Notes under the pieces: generated by a model
Seen by the model: the letters and a program-made list of their open reading frames with translations, nothing else
What the model was told of the DNA's origin: nothing
The model's database searches: none
Virus record (IMG/VR): IMGVR_UViG_3300009176_000004
Reading direction: 5' to 3' (one strand)
Length of the DNA: 64,000 nt
From: an uncultured virus (IMG/VR IMGVR_UViG_3300009176_000004)
Lineage: Duplodnaviria; Heunggongvirae; Uroviricota; Caudoviricetes
Shown: piece after piece, positions 38,382-48,129 of the stretch
Numbering within the stretch: position 1 is the first letter of the stretch
Layout: each line of letters begins with the position of its first letter
Made by a program: the position numbers and the translations under genes

Positions 38382-40025
38382 CTACGCTGTCTTCTTGGCA
38401 GCCGCTACCGCGAGACTCCAGGGCCGGGGTGGGTTGTTGTAGACGTCGTCGTCAGCCGACGCCGCCCGTGGCACGCTCTGCAGGCTGTAGTCGACAGGCT
38501 CCAGACCGAGCAGAGAGCGGAGCTTCTCCAGGTCCTCGACGGACTTCGCCTGGAGTTCGGGCTCCGTGAACGCGCTCTGTGCCGTCTTCAGCTCCGTGAC
38601 GAGCACGGTCTTCCGAGCGGCGGACGTGATCTGATCACGCGCGATCAGGACCTTCGCCGCTTCCAGCGTGTCCCTGACGGACTTCGGTGCCGCCGAGAGG
38701 AACGCGGTCTCGAGCTCGAGCTCGGTCTTCTGCTTCTGCTCTTCGGCGGGAGGCACGACGGCAGGAGGAACTTCCGGCTGCGCGGTCTCCTGCTCCTCGA
38801 GCAGTGCGAGGGTCTCGTCCGAGAGCGCTTCGAGTTGCGGCTTGTGCTTTACGCTGAAGCCGTTCTTCTTCGACTCGATGAGCGCCTGGACGCGTTCTGT
38901 CTTCGTCTTCATCGTCGCGTCTCCCTTCTGATCGGTGCCTGTGGTTGCGTGAGCTACAATCGTCTCCGGCTGCTGGCAACCACAAGCAGCTTTCGGCGGT
39001 GCCGAAGGCACAGCGCTCGCCGGGACGAACTTCGTTTCAGAGCGGACTTCAGTCTTATCGTCGCCGAGAGTGATCTTGCCTGCGCGAGTGCTGTAGGAAG
39101 TCTGGTACATGCGGACGCCACCGCCGCCTTCAGCGAACGCGTGGTAGATCACGACCCCGGCTTCGTCATCGACAGCCGCTATGCCGAGGAAGTTCGGATT
39201 ACTGTCGCGAAGCGAGATCTCGAGTGCCGAGCGACGGTCGACGTCCGTCATCGCAGCGCGGCCGAGCAAGATGGGCGCAAGGACATCGAGCATTGACTGA
39301 TGCGCGGCGCGCTCTTCGTCCGTCGCCTGAAGGGTTACTGGCCGCTCCGGAATGCGGAACGCCGTACGCAGCTTGGCCACCCAGGCCTTTAGGGTCTCAT
39401 CCACAGGACTCTCCTTTGGCCTTAGGGCCGCAGCACGCGGAGCCCCGCAGCCCATCTCGATGCTGCAGGCGCCCAAGTCTCCGAGTTTCAGGAATGCGAG
39501 GTGGTCGGGGACGACGTTTCTCCAGATGCCAGTGTAGCGCTGGCCGTTCCAGTTGCCGGCCTGCTTCTCGAGGTCGAGGAAGGCACCGATGCTGACTTCA
39601 ATGCGCGGCGCACTGCTGCCGCCGCTCTCGGAGAACTCGAGCTCCTGTATGATTGCGGCGGAGTCGGCATTAAGAGTCTTCCCCTTCTCTATGTCGACCC
39701 AGCCCTCGATCGTGAGCTTCCGGTCCTTCATGACGGGAGCGAACGTCACGCCGATCTGTCCCTGCTCGAGCACGGTCGGATCGTTCGCCGAGATCATGGA
39801 GCCGTCATCGGCGCGCGGATGATTCATCATCACGGGACGGCCAGCCCATCCGAGCGGATGATGTCCGAACTCCTCTGCGAGGACGAGCTCAGGGCCTTCC
39901 GCATTGCCTGCCGTGATGACGCCCTCGACCAGAGCGACCGTTGGAACGACAAAGAAGTCTCTGCCCTGGAAGGTCTCCCGACGGACCTTACCAGGCTTCG
40001 CCGCGAAGCGGGCGTAAGTTCTCAC
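38382..40025 (-). CDS. prohead protease/scaffold (DUF2213-like)
   Basis: 'RPVMMNHP', 'IEVSIG', 'PDHLA.L...GACS...GCG'; coiled-coil C-terminus. Confidence 0.85.
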   Translation of the reverse strand: MRTYARFAAKPGKVRRETFQGRDFFVVPTVALVEGVITAGNAEGPELVLAEEFGHHPLGWAGRPVMMNHPRADDGSMISANDPTVLEQGQIGVTFAPVMKDRKLTIEGWVDIEKGKTLNADSAAIIQELEFSESGGSSAPRIEVSIGAFLDLEKQAGNWNGQRYTGIWRNVVPDHLAFLKLGDLGACSIEMGCGAPRAAALRPKESPVDETLKAWVAKLRTAFRIPERPVTLQATDEERAAHQSMLDVLAPILLGRAAMTDVDRRSALEISLRDSNPNFLGIAAVDDEAGVVIYHAFAEGGGGVRMYQTSYSTRAGKITLGDDKTEVRSETKFVPASAVPSAPPKAACGCQQPETIVAHATTGTDQKGDATMKTKTERVQALIESKKNGFSVKHKPQLEALSDETLALLEEQETAQPEVPPAVVPPAEEQKQKTELELETAFLSAAPKSVRDTLEAAKVLIARDQITSAARKTVLVTELKTAQSAFTEPELQAKSVEDLEKLRSLLGLEPVDYSLQSVPRAASADDDVYNNPPRPWSLAVAAAKKTA

Positions 40026-41443
40026 CGGACCCTCGCAATCGCAGCACGTGCGGGCGGAACTTCTGCCACTGGCGGCGCATTAGGATCGGGCGGCGGAGCT
40101 CCGACAGGCGGCGGTGTAGGTGGATTCGCCTTCATCTCGAGCTTTGTCTTATTCGCGGCGGCCGCATCCTTATCGACCTTCTCCAGCGGCTCACGTCCCA
40201 GCGTCTCGCGCAGCTCGTCCGGCGTGACGACGATGAAGTCCGTCTTCTGGTTCAGCCCAGCCTCCTTATCCGCGAGCTCAGCGCGCTCGGTCGGGGGCAT
40301 ATCGAGGACTTCCGGCCAGAAGACTTTGAACTCTGGGACAAGGGGCAATGCGCCAGCGAGCATGAGACGATTGATGAAGGGACGAACGACGGTCGGCTCA
40401 GCGAAGTTCGCACGTCGCTCCTGTACCCGGTCGGACCAATTGTTACGGTCCTCAATGGACGCAAGTTCTCCGCGCTCCGACCCGAGAAGCATACGCTGTG
40501 GAATGCCGTTGCAACCGCTGATGACGGAAATGAGCGTGAGGGCGTTGCGGTCGAAGTTCGCGACGTCACTTCCGAACGTTTCTACGTCGACGCCGACCGT
40601 CCGCATGGTCCGTCGCATGCCGTTGACGAACTCATCGACCTCGTCGTTGAACTTCTTCTTCTCATCGTCGTTCTTGAACTTGAACCCGTCGGGCAAGTTG
40701 AACTGGTAGCCCTGATGCGCACGCATCCAGAATGCCTCAGCGCCACCACCGAGCACCTTGTCAAGGTCGTCAAGGCGATTCCAAGAACGACGTAGGCGAG
40801 GCTGACCATTGACGTTGTCATCTAGGCAGCCTTCCGCGACGTGCAGGACGCGGGACCAGTGCACACGGCCAGAGAGGGTGAACTTACTTCGCTTGGCGAC
40901 TGCATCGGCCGTCGTCCGCTGGCGATTGATCTGGTAGAACTCGACTTGGCCGAAGCGGGGATCTTGATCATTCCCGACGAATGAATCTATGAGAACGTCT
41001 GCCTGGCCATACGGTTGTAGGAAGAGCACGTCGTCCGGTCCCCGCATCTTCGGGAGCGGCGTAGTCATTGCACCGCGAGCGCCGATGACGACAGCGGAGT
41101 ACTCTCCAAGACCTGCGAGGACGTCTGCGCGGCGGAACGTGGACCAGACGTTCAAACGTTGGTTGAGGGACTTAAAGGCCTGTTCAAACTCGGTCGTAAC
41201 TTTCGTTGACTCCTTCTCATAGACGTTACCGGAGCCACGCCATGTCGCCGTAGGCAGGATCTCTACCAGACGTGCGGCAATGTCACCACGTTCATAGCGC
41301 TCACGGTAGTGCGTCGGTGAGAGGGAACGTTCGTAGCCGAGAGCCTCGTAGAGATCGCGGAAGCCCTTGAATGTCAGGCCCGCAAGGCCGGCGAGGTTCA
41401 ATCGGTCGACCAGAGCGGCAGTGAGGGTGCGTAAGGTTTGCAC
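40022..41443 (-). CDS. portal protein (DUF1073-like)
   Basis: 'RYERGDIAARLV', 'DPRFG', 'VHWSRV', 'GIPQRMLLGSERGELAS.ED'. Confidence 0.88.
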   Translation of the reverse strand: MQTLRTLTAALVDRLNLAGLAGLTFKGFRDLYEALGYERSLSPTHYRERYERGDIAARLVEILPTATWRGSGNVYEKESTKVTTEFEQAFKSLNQRLNVWSTFRRADVLAGLGEYSAVVIGARGAMTTPLPKMRGPDDVLFLQPYGQADVLIDSFVGNDQDPRFGQVEFYQINRQRTTADAVAKRSKFTLSGRVHWSRVLHVAEGCLDDNVNGQPRLRRSWNRLDDLDKVLGGGAEAFWMRAHQGYQFNLPDGFKFKNDDEKKKFNDEVDEFVNGMRRTMRTVGVDVETFGSDVANFDRNALTLISVISGCNGIPQRMLLGSERGELASIEDRNNWSDRVQERRANFAEPTVVRPFINRLMLAGALPLVPEFKVFWPEVLDMPPTERAELADKEAGLNQKTDFIVVTPDELRETLGREPLEKVDKDAAAANKTKLEMKANPPTPPPVGAPPPDPNAPPVAEVPPARAAIARVR

Positions 41444-41445
41444 GG

Positions 41446-43008
41446 CTACCGCCAGGTGGCGATCCCTTCGGACTCTTCACGTGGCGGGGCGAGCGCAAGC
41501 ATGAGTGCTTCCGCCCTGTTCGGCGAAGCTACGCCACGACGACGTGCCTCTTCCTTGCTCTCGATCTGGACTTTCCCAGCCGACGTACGCTTGAACCGGA
41601 TCGACAGGAGCTCTGCCGCTAGGTCCTCATCAGTCGGATCAATGTCGATCTGCCCCTGCTCGAAGAGCGTGCGCACGTTCCACCAGAGTTCGGCACGACG
41701 GTTCAAGAACGTCTCCGAGTCGTCAGCGGCTTCACCGACGTTGACTCCGTAGAACTGTGCGGGACTCTCGAGCTGGTCGAAGAGCTCTCGTCCTCTGTCG
41801 ACGACGCCACGTCCAATGCCGATCGTATCGACCTTGACGCACGAAGCTGACCGCGTGCGCGCTTCATGAACCGCCAGGCCGCACGTTTGCATCGTATCCG
41901 GGTTATGATCTTCATTGATGATGCGGACGACCTGACCCGTTCGCTCTGCGAGCGTGCTGCTGTCTCCACCACCACCGACGTCCAGGCCGAGTTCCTTCGT
42001 TCCGACGGCGGGAAGAGTTCTTTCTTGCGCTGCCCAAATCCACGGCACGGGGATCAGGCCGCCTTGCGTCGTATTCGGCGGGAAGAGCCCGAGTACTTTC
42101 GACATCCAGAGGGGATTGCACGTCTCCTCTGGCTTCGCTCCCAGCGGGGGCTCGACGATCTTTCCGTTCGGGCTCCAGCGCCACGTCGGTGCCCACTTCC
42201 GTCTCTTCTCCTCGACGTACGTCGCGCCGATCAGCTGGTCGAGAATGATCTGCGGCATCGGCTCGCCGGTGAAGTTCGGACTTTGAAAGGCGCCAATGGC
42301 GATCACATTCCAGCCCGAGCCCGGCTTACAGATCTCAGCGAACTCACATAGAGGGTCGTCCGGGTTTCCAATCGCGAGCGCCTTCGAGAGATCATTCGCG
42401 ATCATGGAGTCCGCGGCTTCCCAGAGAAGCTTCGGCATGCCGCAGGCTTCGTCGAAGACGTACAGGACGCGACGTGCGTGAATGCCCTGGAAGGCAGTCG
42501 GTTCGTAGTCGCTGGGCTTCCGTCCGAAGGCAACGACCTCTTCGTTCCCCTGAACGGGCTTCATATACCACTCGGTCTGATTGACGCGACCGCGTAGCTG
42601 CCCGCGTGAGTGAGTACGTCCAATCTCACGCCAGAGAATCGCCTGGACCTGAGGGCCGGTGGGCGCGCTCGTAATCACGAACGATTCACCGACGGGCCAG
42701 ATATCAAGCCACCAAGCGCATGCGACGGCGGCAATGTAAGACTTCCCGATCTCGTGGCAGGACTGGACAGCAGTACGTCGGCGAGTGGCGATAGATCCTA
42801 AGATCTCACGCTGCTTCGACCAGAGCGTGTCTCCCAGTCGCTCTTGTGCCCATGCGACCGGGTCGTCTCTCCACCGCCGTCGCATGAGTTCTTGCTGCAG
42901 GGCAGCGAGCTCCTCACGGGCGATGTCGACGTCTAGGCCAGTTTCTTCGAATAGGAGGGCGACTTCGAGGTTCTTACGGTCGACTTCCTCAGCGGACGGG
43001 GGTGTCAC
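41446..43008 (-). CDS. terL: terminase large subunit
   Basis: 'SCHEIGKS' Walker A, 'VFDEA' Walker B, 'GLDVG...DS' nuclease, 'SPNRAEAL'. Confidence 0.95.
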   Translation of the reverse strand: MTPPSAEEVDRKNLEVALLFEETGLDVDIAREELAALQQELMRRRWRDDPVAWAQERLGDTLWSKQREILGSIATRRRTAVQSCHEIGKSYIAAVACAWWLDIWPVGESFVITSAPTGPQVQAILWREIGRTHSRGQLRGRVNQTEWYMKPVQGNEEVVAFGRKPSDYEPTAFQGIHARRVLYVFDEACGMPKLLWEAADSMIANDLSKALAIGNPDDPLCEFAEICKPGSGWNVIAIGAFQSPNFTGEPMPQIILDQLIGATYVEEKRRKWAPTWRWSPNGKIVEPPLGAKPEETCNPLWMSKVLGLFPPNTTQGGLIPVPWIWAAQERTLPAVGTKELGLDVGGGGDSSTLAERTGQVVRIINEDHNPDTMQTCGLAVHEARTRSASCVKVDTIGIGRGVVDRGRELFDQLESPAQFYGVNVGEAADDSETFLNRRAELWWNVRTLFEQGQIDIDPTDEDLAAELLSIRFKRTSAGKVQIESKEEARRRGVASPNRAEALMLALAPPREESEGIATWR

Positions 43009-43434
43009 TTACGCAGCTGATTCTTTGTCCGACGGAACTACTTCCCCTTCCAGAGCGGACTGCATCGCCTTCTGTTCGGCGACCGCACTGAGGACGGTAT
43101 GGAGCATCTGTGCACGTGCGGCGAGATCTGCTTCGCTCAAGTCTGAGAGATCCGGCGCCTTCGAAAGTTCGACGCGCTCAATCGGCTTCCCGTAGGCGTA
43201 GTGCCAGAGCATTGCCTCCATCCCGGCCTGGAGTATGCCCGCCTTCGCCCGCTGCTTGATGCTCTGACGGTACTCGGGGTCACGAAGGATGGACAGAGCG
43301 AAGTCCTTCACCTCGTTCCGCTGCAAGAGCGTCAGGTTCTTTTGCCCGCCGACGGCCCGAAGGCCTGCGTGCAGCTCAGGAAGTACGACCGCTGGATGCG
43401 GTACTGGAACTTTCGCCTTCTCTTCGTCCGTCAT
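43009..43434 (-). CDS. terS: terminase small subunit (putative)
   Basis: directly upstream of terL; 'YAYGKPIERVEL...DLSDLSEADL' pattern. Confidence 0.7.
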   Translation of the reverse strand: MTDEEKAKVPVPHPAVVLPELHAGLRAVGGQKNLTLLQRNEVKDFALSILRDPEYRQSIKQRAKAGILQAGMEAMLWHYAYGKPIERVELSKAPDLSDLSEADLAARAQMLHTVLSAVAEQKAMQSALEGEVVPSDKESAA

Positions 43435-43569
43435 CTGGCTGCTCCAGATTCTCCTTGACGAGCTCACGGTAGAGGAGCCGTCGCTGCTCGTCTTCCGAGA
43501 CGGGGAGTTGCTTCAGCGAACCGGCCTTCGTCGAATGTGACCGCCTCTTGTGCACGCGTGTGCCACCCA

Positions 43570-43860
43570 TCAGCCCGTCTTGCGAAGTGCGCCGAAGCGT
43601 TCTGGCCAGAGCCAGCTCAAGACTTCGGGCTGCTCACGGAATGCGGGACGTGCGCCCCTGACATCAGTCCAGAGGAGCACGCCCTCTGTCAGTCTACGTA
43701 GGTCGCGAAGTGGAAGCGCCTGCAGTGCAGCGACGAGCTCCTCATCCAGACGTCGGAGACCGAGCACGGACCGCAGAAAGAACTGAAGATCTGCCTCCCC
43801 TGCCTCTCGCGTCGAGCTAGAGAGCTGTGCCGCCTCTGAGGACGTCTGAACCACGTGCAT
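43570..43860 (-). CDS. hypothetical protein, first gene of late operon
   Basis: follows promoter at 43881-43910 and AGGT RBS. Confidence 0.55.
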   Translation of the reverse strand: MHVVQTSSEAAQLSSSTREAGEADLQFFLRSVLGLRRLDEELVAALQALPLRDLRRLTEGVLLWTDVRGARPAFREQPEVLSWLWPERFGALRKTG

Positions 43861-43880
43861 ATACCTACCTGGTAGACTCT

Positions 43881-43958
43881 ATTCTATCACAGCCGTCTAT
43901 AGACAATCAACGAGATCGTTCCCGTCCGTTGAACGCTGAGTATGATCCGAGTTATAAT
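43881..43958. promoter_or_regulatory. back-to-back sigma70-like promoters
   Basis: minus: TTGATT-18-TAGAAT with TG extension; plus: CGTCCG-TTGAAC-18-TATAAT. Confidence 0.75.
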
Positions 43959-43964
43959 GGCCGT

Positions 43965-44339
43965 ATGTTCTACCTATATGGCCTGTATGATGCGGCGGTG
44001 GGAGAAGTTCGCTACGTCGGAGTGACGAAGACTCCGCGAAGCCGCCTGGCGGCACATCGGACGGCGGCGAAGAAGGGGAAGAGCAAAGTCAACGCCTGGA
44101 TCAAAGGCGTGGAGCTGCTCCAGCTGAAGATCTTATACGAGACGGAACACGGAATACTGGCGTACGCACTGGAGAGCTATCTCGTACGGGAGTGGAAGCA
44201 CCTATTGAACGACACACGCCACGGCATTCCCTGTGACGTCTCGGGAATCTTTCACTCGCGGAGCACCACCCTCGTGCAGAGAGCTAAGAGACGCGCTGCG
44301 ATAGATGCCGCCTTGGCGGCTCTTATCGGTCGACCTTGA
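43965..44339 (+). CDS. GIY-YIG endonuclease (probably leaderless)
   Basis: 'YLYGLYD....EVRYVGVT...RLAAH...LE...LLN'; ATG 6 nt after TATAAT. Confidence 0.85.
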   Translation: MFYLYGLYDAAVGEVRYVGVTKTPRSRLAAHRTAAKKGKSKVNAWIKGVELLQLKILYETEHGILAYALESYLVREWKHLLNDTRHGIPCDVSGIFHSRSTTLVQRAKRRAAIDAALAALIGRP

Positions 44340-45228
44340 AGATTGGTGTGACCCGCGGCTTGAGCGGCTTGTCTTCGGGGCCTTTGAGGTAGGGGTTGAT
44401 GATGATGGGCAGGTGCTCGCCTAGCGACGGGTACCATTGCTGTCGGACGTGCGCTCTGACCAGCCAGGACCACTGCCAGTCAGGGGCCTCGCCTGTTCCG
44501 GGCGAAGAGTTCCTCTCCTGATGACGCTTGCGGAGTTCTACGACGGCGATGTCACGTAAGATCTCCGGCGGCAGGCGCTTCCGTACATGACGTTCAGCGC
44601 GGACGCGGGGCGCAGCGAGCAGTTCCTGACGTAAGAACGTCGATGCCGCCGCGACGAAGCGCTTCATGAGGAGCTGCTCTTCGCGTGTGCGCGGATCTCC
44701 CACGCCGACGAAGTTCAAACGCCATTCTTCGATCTGGCCTGAGAGCACTGTCCCTTCATCGACAGCGGCCCAGAGGACGGGGACGATAGGTCCGGCGGGC
44801 GAAAGGTCAGGGAGCAGCCCTGCCTGAGCCCAAGCCGTCGCGCCTAGATACTTACCCCCGTCAGACTGAAACCAGTACCAAGATATTGCCCGTACCGGAA
44901 TCATAGTCACGGCGGGGCCATTGTCTATCGGCAGCTCGATGTGGAAGGGCGGAGCCTCGAACCAGTGCCACGCGACGTCTGTATAGAGCATATGACGTGT
45001 CACGGTGACCTGGTCGAGATCGAAGATGGACCACTGCGACGTGATGAGCTCGACCGTCTTGCGGGACCAGTAGAAGGGCAGAGCAAGCTTCAAGGCGTAG
45101 ATGTCCGTCATCCACTGATGCCGCTCAGCAGGCTTGACGCCAGGCCGAAGCCTAGCGTCCTTATGACATGCGACGAGGAACTCGAGGGCCTGGTGCTGCT
45201 CCTCGAGCGCCTCGCTGACATTGATCAT
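44323..45228 (-). CDS. hypothetical phage protein
   Basis: 301 aa ORF with C-terminal 'WLVRAHVRQQWY...INPYLKGP'; own promoter. Confidence 0.8.
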   Translation of the reverse strand: MINVSEALEEQHQALEFLVACHKDARLRPGVKPAERHQWMTDIYALKLALPFYWSRKTVELITSQWSIFDLDQVTVTRHMLYTDVAWHWFEAPPFHIELPIDNGPAVTMIPVRAISWYWFQSDGGKYLGATAWAQAGLLPDLSPAGPIVPVLWAAVDEGTVLSGQIEEWRLNFVGVGDPRTREEQLLMKRFVAAASTFLRQELLAAPRVRAERHVRKRLPPEILRDIAVVELRKRHQERNSSPGTGEAPDWQWSWLVRAHVRQQWYPSLGEHLPIIINPYLKGPEDKPLKPRVTPIFKVDR

Positions 45229-45234
45229 AGTACT

Positions 45235-45269
45235 ATTCTATCACAGAGCGAAGCGCGAAGCTAGAGACG
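45235..45269 (-). promoter_or_regulatory. early-type promoter
   Basis: CGTCTC-TAGCTT-17-TAGAAT with TG extension. Confidence 0.65.
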
Positions 45270-45722
45270 GCCTGGCAGGCGTCGGTCTTCCTGAGCACCG
45301 CGAAGAATGCGGAGCAGCTCGTATGCGACTTCCCCCGTCGCGTCGATCTGGACGGTCACGTGAGCGCCCTCGTGATCGTAACGGCGTAAGAACTCCTGCG
45401 TCACGGTCGCCTTGCCGCCTGCATGCGTGTGACCGGAGCCGTCCGCATCGCCGATGGCGCATATGATCGACAGCTGGCCTGCCCAGACCTTCTCGTCGAG
45501 GGCGGAGCCCTTCGGGATCGGCGTCGCGAAGGAGATATCTTCGCGCTTCGCACACGTAGGATGGCAAGACGTATGTCCGTTGCCGTCGATCGAATGCCAC
45601 GTATGATCCTGGAGCTTCACGTCCCATTGATCATCGGCCGTCTTATAGACGAGGTCCAGGACTGTGCCCTCGCCCCAAATCTTCGCCGCTCTCTCACTTA
45701 CCTCGCTTCGGGTCAGACTCAC
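45261..45722 (-). CDS. hypothetical protein
   Basis: GGAG RBS, in cluster of overlapping small genes. Confidence 0.65.
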   Translation of the reverse strand: MSLTRSEVSERAAKIWGEGTVLDLVYKTADDQWDVKLQDHTWHSIDGNGHTSCHPTCAKREDISFATPIPKGSALDEKVWAGQLSIICAIGDADGSGHTHAGGKATVTQEFLRRYDHEGAHVTVQIDATGEVAYELLRILRGAQEDRRLPGRL

Positions 45723-45912
45723 GACGTTGCTCCTTCTTCAATAGGTCGTAGGCCTCGCGGATCGAAACCTTCGCCTGATTCAATCTTACCAGAACGACCG
45801 GATCAATGCTATGGACGGTCTGCCGCTCTAGGGCGTTCCTGATCTCGATGAGTGACGCCACCATGAGAGTGGCGTCATGAATCCACGGCCTGATGTCGAT
45901 CGTTCCGGCCAT
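45694..45912 (-). CDS. hypothetical protein
   Basis: coupled small ORF. Confidence 0.55.
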   Translation of the reverse strand: MAGTIDIRPWIHDATLMVASLIEIRNALERQTVHSIDPVVLVRLNQAKVSIREAYDLLKKEQRRESDPKRGK

Positions 45913-46115
45913 TAGGTCTTCGCCCTTTCCTGTTCCCGGTCGAGTTTGAACTGTGCACGGTGGAACTTGTCCAGGTCAGCCGCCATCGTCGCGACCTGAA
46001 AGCGCAGATGATCGACGTCTGGGTCGACGTAATTATCGAGCACCCGTGCAAACTCGAGCATGAGCTGACTGTACACACGGAGACGTGCGCGGTCGAGATA
46101 GTCGAGCAGGATCAC
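45912..46115 (-). CDS. hypothetical protein
   Basis: coupled small ORF. Confidence 0.55.
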   Translation of the reverse strand: MILLDYLDRARLRVYSQLMLEFARVLDNYVDPDVDHLRFQVATMAADLDKFHRAQFKLDREQERAKT

Positions 46116-46447
46116 TTTTCACCCCGCATGTCTTCGACGGTGTCGATGCCGTGATCGGCGGCGAGCTGATGCCGCTCACGTCGCGTCAGCTCACGTGCAG
46201 GCTTTTCATCGACGTACTGTGAGCCCGGCTCGCGCGGATCGACGGGCTCCTGCGCGCGCTGGAGTTCTTCGAGTCGGACACGCGCCGCTTCCAGATCGCG
46301 GATCAGCTGCGTGACCGTCGCGATCGTCTTGAGACGGTCCGAACCGGGAAGGTGGACGGAGACGCCCTGCGAGCTGAGCCAGCAGTACGTGTCTCGGGCG
46401 ACGACTCGCGGCTGTTCGTGAAGGTAGATATTGACGGTCGCGTTCAT
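46112..46447 (-). CDS. hypothetical protein
   Basis: GAGGA RBS, ATGA overlap. Confidence 0.65.
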   Translation of the reverse strand: MNATVNIYLHEQPRVVARDTYCWLSSQGVSVHLPGSDRLKTIATVTQLIRDLEAARVRLEELQRAQEPVDPREPGSQYVDEKPARELTRRERHQLAADHGIDTVEDMRGEK

Positions 46448-46641
46448 ATGGCGTCCTCTCCTGACATCTTCGCCAGTTCAATGGCGGCCGTGATCACGTC
46501 ATCCTCTTCGTGCTGGCCGCCACGCCTGTAGTGGATGAGATTCTGCAGCATACGGTCTGCAGCGTTCGCGTAGTGGCGCACGGGCTCGATGCCGTTCGGC
46601 AGTCTTCGCGTGAGCTCTCGGTCGACGTAGTCCCAATTCAT
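46444..46641 (-). CDS. hypothetical protein
   Basis: GGAG RBS, ATGA overlap. Confidence 0.6.
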   Translation of the reverse strand: MNWDYVDRELTRRLPNGIEPVRHYANAADRMLQNLIHYRRGGQHEEDDVITAAIELAKMSGEDAI

Positions 46642-46790
46642 GACGTCTTCTCCACGGCGTTCTCCAGCAGCATGCGGACGAGCGACGGGACTGTGACGTT
46701 CTGCTTCTGTGCGAGCCTGTTCAGGCGCTGCGCGAGCTCCATCGAGATGGAGACCTGCAAGATTGCCTTCAGGCCGGTGACGTGCTTCAT
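46638..46790 (-). CDS. ribbon-helix-helix (CopG-like) DNA-binding protein
   Basis: 'LQVSISMELAQRLNRLAQKQNVTVPSLVRMLLE'. Confidence 0.7.
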   Translation of the reverse strand: MKHVTGLKAILQVSISMELAQRLNRLAQKQNVTVPSLVRMLLENAVEKTS

Positions 46791-47377
46791 CGCGGGATCT
46801 CCTTCAGCTCCGGGACGCCGAACGACATCCACGGCAGGTTGTAGTTGCCGGCGCAGATCGGGCCGTATCCGACTGACAGACTTCCTGCGTCGGTCAGAGG
46901 CAGGTTGCAGAAGCTGCAGTGGCCCATCAGGGCGCCGTAGGCCTTCGCATGTGCTGCCGGTTCTTCGGCAATCTTCGCGAGGAGCTCGATGACGTTCTGC
47001 GGAAGTCGGTACGCGACGCCCTCAGGTGTGATGCGCCCGATCCACTCGCCTGCGAGTTTGATCTGCAGGGCGCCAGGCTCGCGTGAGCCTGCCCCTGCGA
47101 CGCTGATCCGGAGCTCGCTCTTGCCATCGGGTCCGAGAAAGCGCGCCTTCGGACGCTTGATGTGTACTGCCGCTCGGCCAAGAAACTCGATCAGCGGCGT
47201 CATACTGACGCCCGTCGCGGTTCGCTCCGTCTGCGGAGCTTGTGCCGCAGGCACAGACGCCGGGCACGCTAGATGCGTGGCGCCCTTCCCTGCGATCCAC
47301 TCGATGATGTCGCCTACCAGGATGTCGCCGGCGCACTTGCGACAGCGGCCTGGAAAGCGCGCGTTCATTATGCCCAT
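46787..47377 (-). CDS. Zn-binding protein (DUF6011-like C-terminus)
   Basis: 'ARFPGRCRKC' N-terminus and 'CSFCNLPLTD..S...GYGPIC'. Confidence 0.75.
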   Translation of the reverse strand: MGIMNARFPGRCRKCAGDILVGDIIEWIAGKGATHLACPASVPAAQAPQTERTATGVSMTPLIEFLGRAAVHIKRPKARFLGPDGKSELRISVAGAGSREPGALQIKLAGEWIGRITPEGVAYRLPQNVIELLAKIAEEPAAHAKAYGALMGHCSFCNLPLTDAGSLSVGYGPICAGNYNLPWMSFGVPELKEIPR

Positions 47378-47390
47378 GTCACTCTCCCTT

Positions 47391-47440
47391 TGATCTCCTA
47401 CATGTATTCTATCACAGCTCTCGGGTTGAAACTACGGACG
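47391..47440 (-). promoter_or_regulatory. early promoter + RBS cassette
   Basis: CGTCCG-TAGTTT-17-TAGAAT-ACATGTAGGAGATC. Confidence 0.8.
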
Positions 47441-47626
47441 TTGCCCCAGCCGCTTACGCCGGAGACGACGTTCTATCGTTGCCATCTTCGCTTCGCGGTC
47501 GGCGTCAATCTCGGACGCCGAAAGGTTGAGCGCCCGGAAGCGCTTGCGCGTGGCGTCTTTGGCGTGCTCGGGGACGCCGAGCACCTCGATCCAGCGCTCC
47601 ATTGCGAGCTCCTGCTCTTCCGTCAT
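47432..47626 (-). CDS. hypothetical protein
   Basis: GGAGG RBS. Confidence 0.6.
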   Translation of the reverse strand: MTEEQELAMERWIEVLGVPEHAKDATRKRFRALNLSASEIDADREAKMATIERRLRRKRLGQRP

Positions 47627-47817
47627 ACGCCCTCCACCTTGCGCCCCGTCACGAGAGACGTCATTTCATCGTACTGGTCGAAGAGTTCCGGGAAGGCCTG
47701 CAATAGGCGTCGCGCGTTGTCAGCGTCAGCGTGGCGCATGAGCACGACTAGCTGCTTGACGAAGCCGCCCCCGTAGACGTCCATCGTGTTCAGGACCTGA
47801 TGCACTTCGTTCTTCAT
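47623..47817 (-). CDS. hypothetical protein
   Basis: 'M..YGGGFVKQL....HAD..N...L.QAFPE' motif; GGAG RBS. Confidence 0.7.
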   Translation of the reverse strand: MKNEVHQVLNTMDVYGGGFVKQLVVLMRHADADNARRLLQAFPELFDQYDEMTSLVTGRKVEGV

Positions 47818-47963
47818 GACTTCTTCTCCGCGAGCGCGGCTTTCGCGTAGCGCTCGATCATGGCGAGCCGAGTCTCACGGCCGTCGGGATGACCTGCGTA
47901 CGCAATCTCCAGGATTGCACGTAGCGCCTGACGGAGCTCCTCTTCAATCTTCGCGTGATCCAT
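47814..47963 (-). CDS. hypothetical protein
   Basis: small coupled ORF MDHAKIEEE... Confidence 0.5.
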   Translation of the reverse strand: MDHAKIEEELRQALRAILEIAYAGHPDGRETRLAMIERYAKAALAEKKS

Positions 47964-48129
47964 TGTTCTCTGGCGCCCCTTCTGACGGCAGCAGCTCGAA
48001 GGCCCCGCAGTCCATGCATTGTCTGACGCGCTCACCGTTCCCGATGTCGATGATGACGACGAGCGCCGCTGGTTCCCCGTCAGGCTTCTCCGGGTAGTGC
48101 GGAGAGCAGGTCGGGTAGTGCTTCAGCAC
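47944..48129 (-). CDS. small Cys-containing protein
   Basis: CxxH...CMDC. Confidence 0.5.
   Translation of the reverse strand: MLKHYPTCSPHYPEKPDGEPAALVVIIDIGNGERVRQCMDCGAFELLPSEGAPENNGSRED

Noticed and set aside
23409..40709. Long plus-strand ORFs (e.g. 23409-24563, 26360-27529, 29494-30915, 38091-39296, 39501-40709)
   Set aside because: Antisense shadows of real genes caused by high GC codon bias
40022..41443. Anti-CBASS Acb1 annotation often attached to DUF1073 proteins
   Set aside because: Position between terL and the protease and its size indicate a portal; no HxT/HxS phosphoesterase pair is evident
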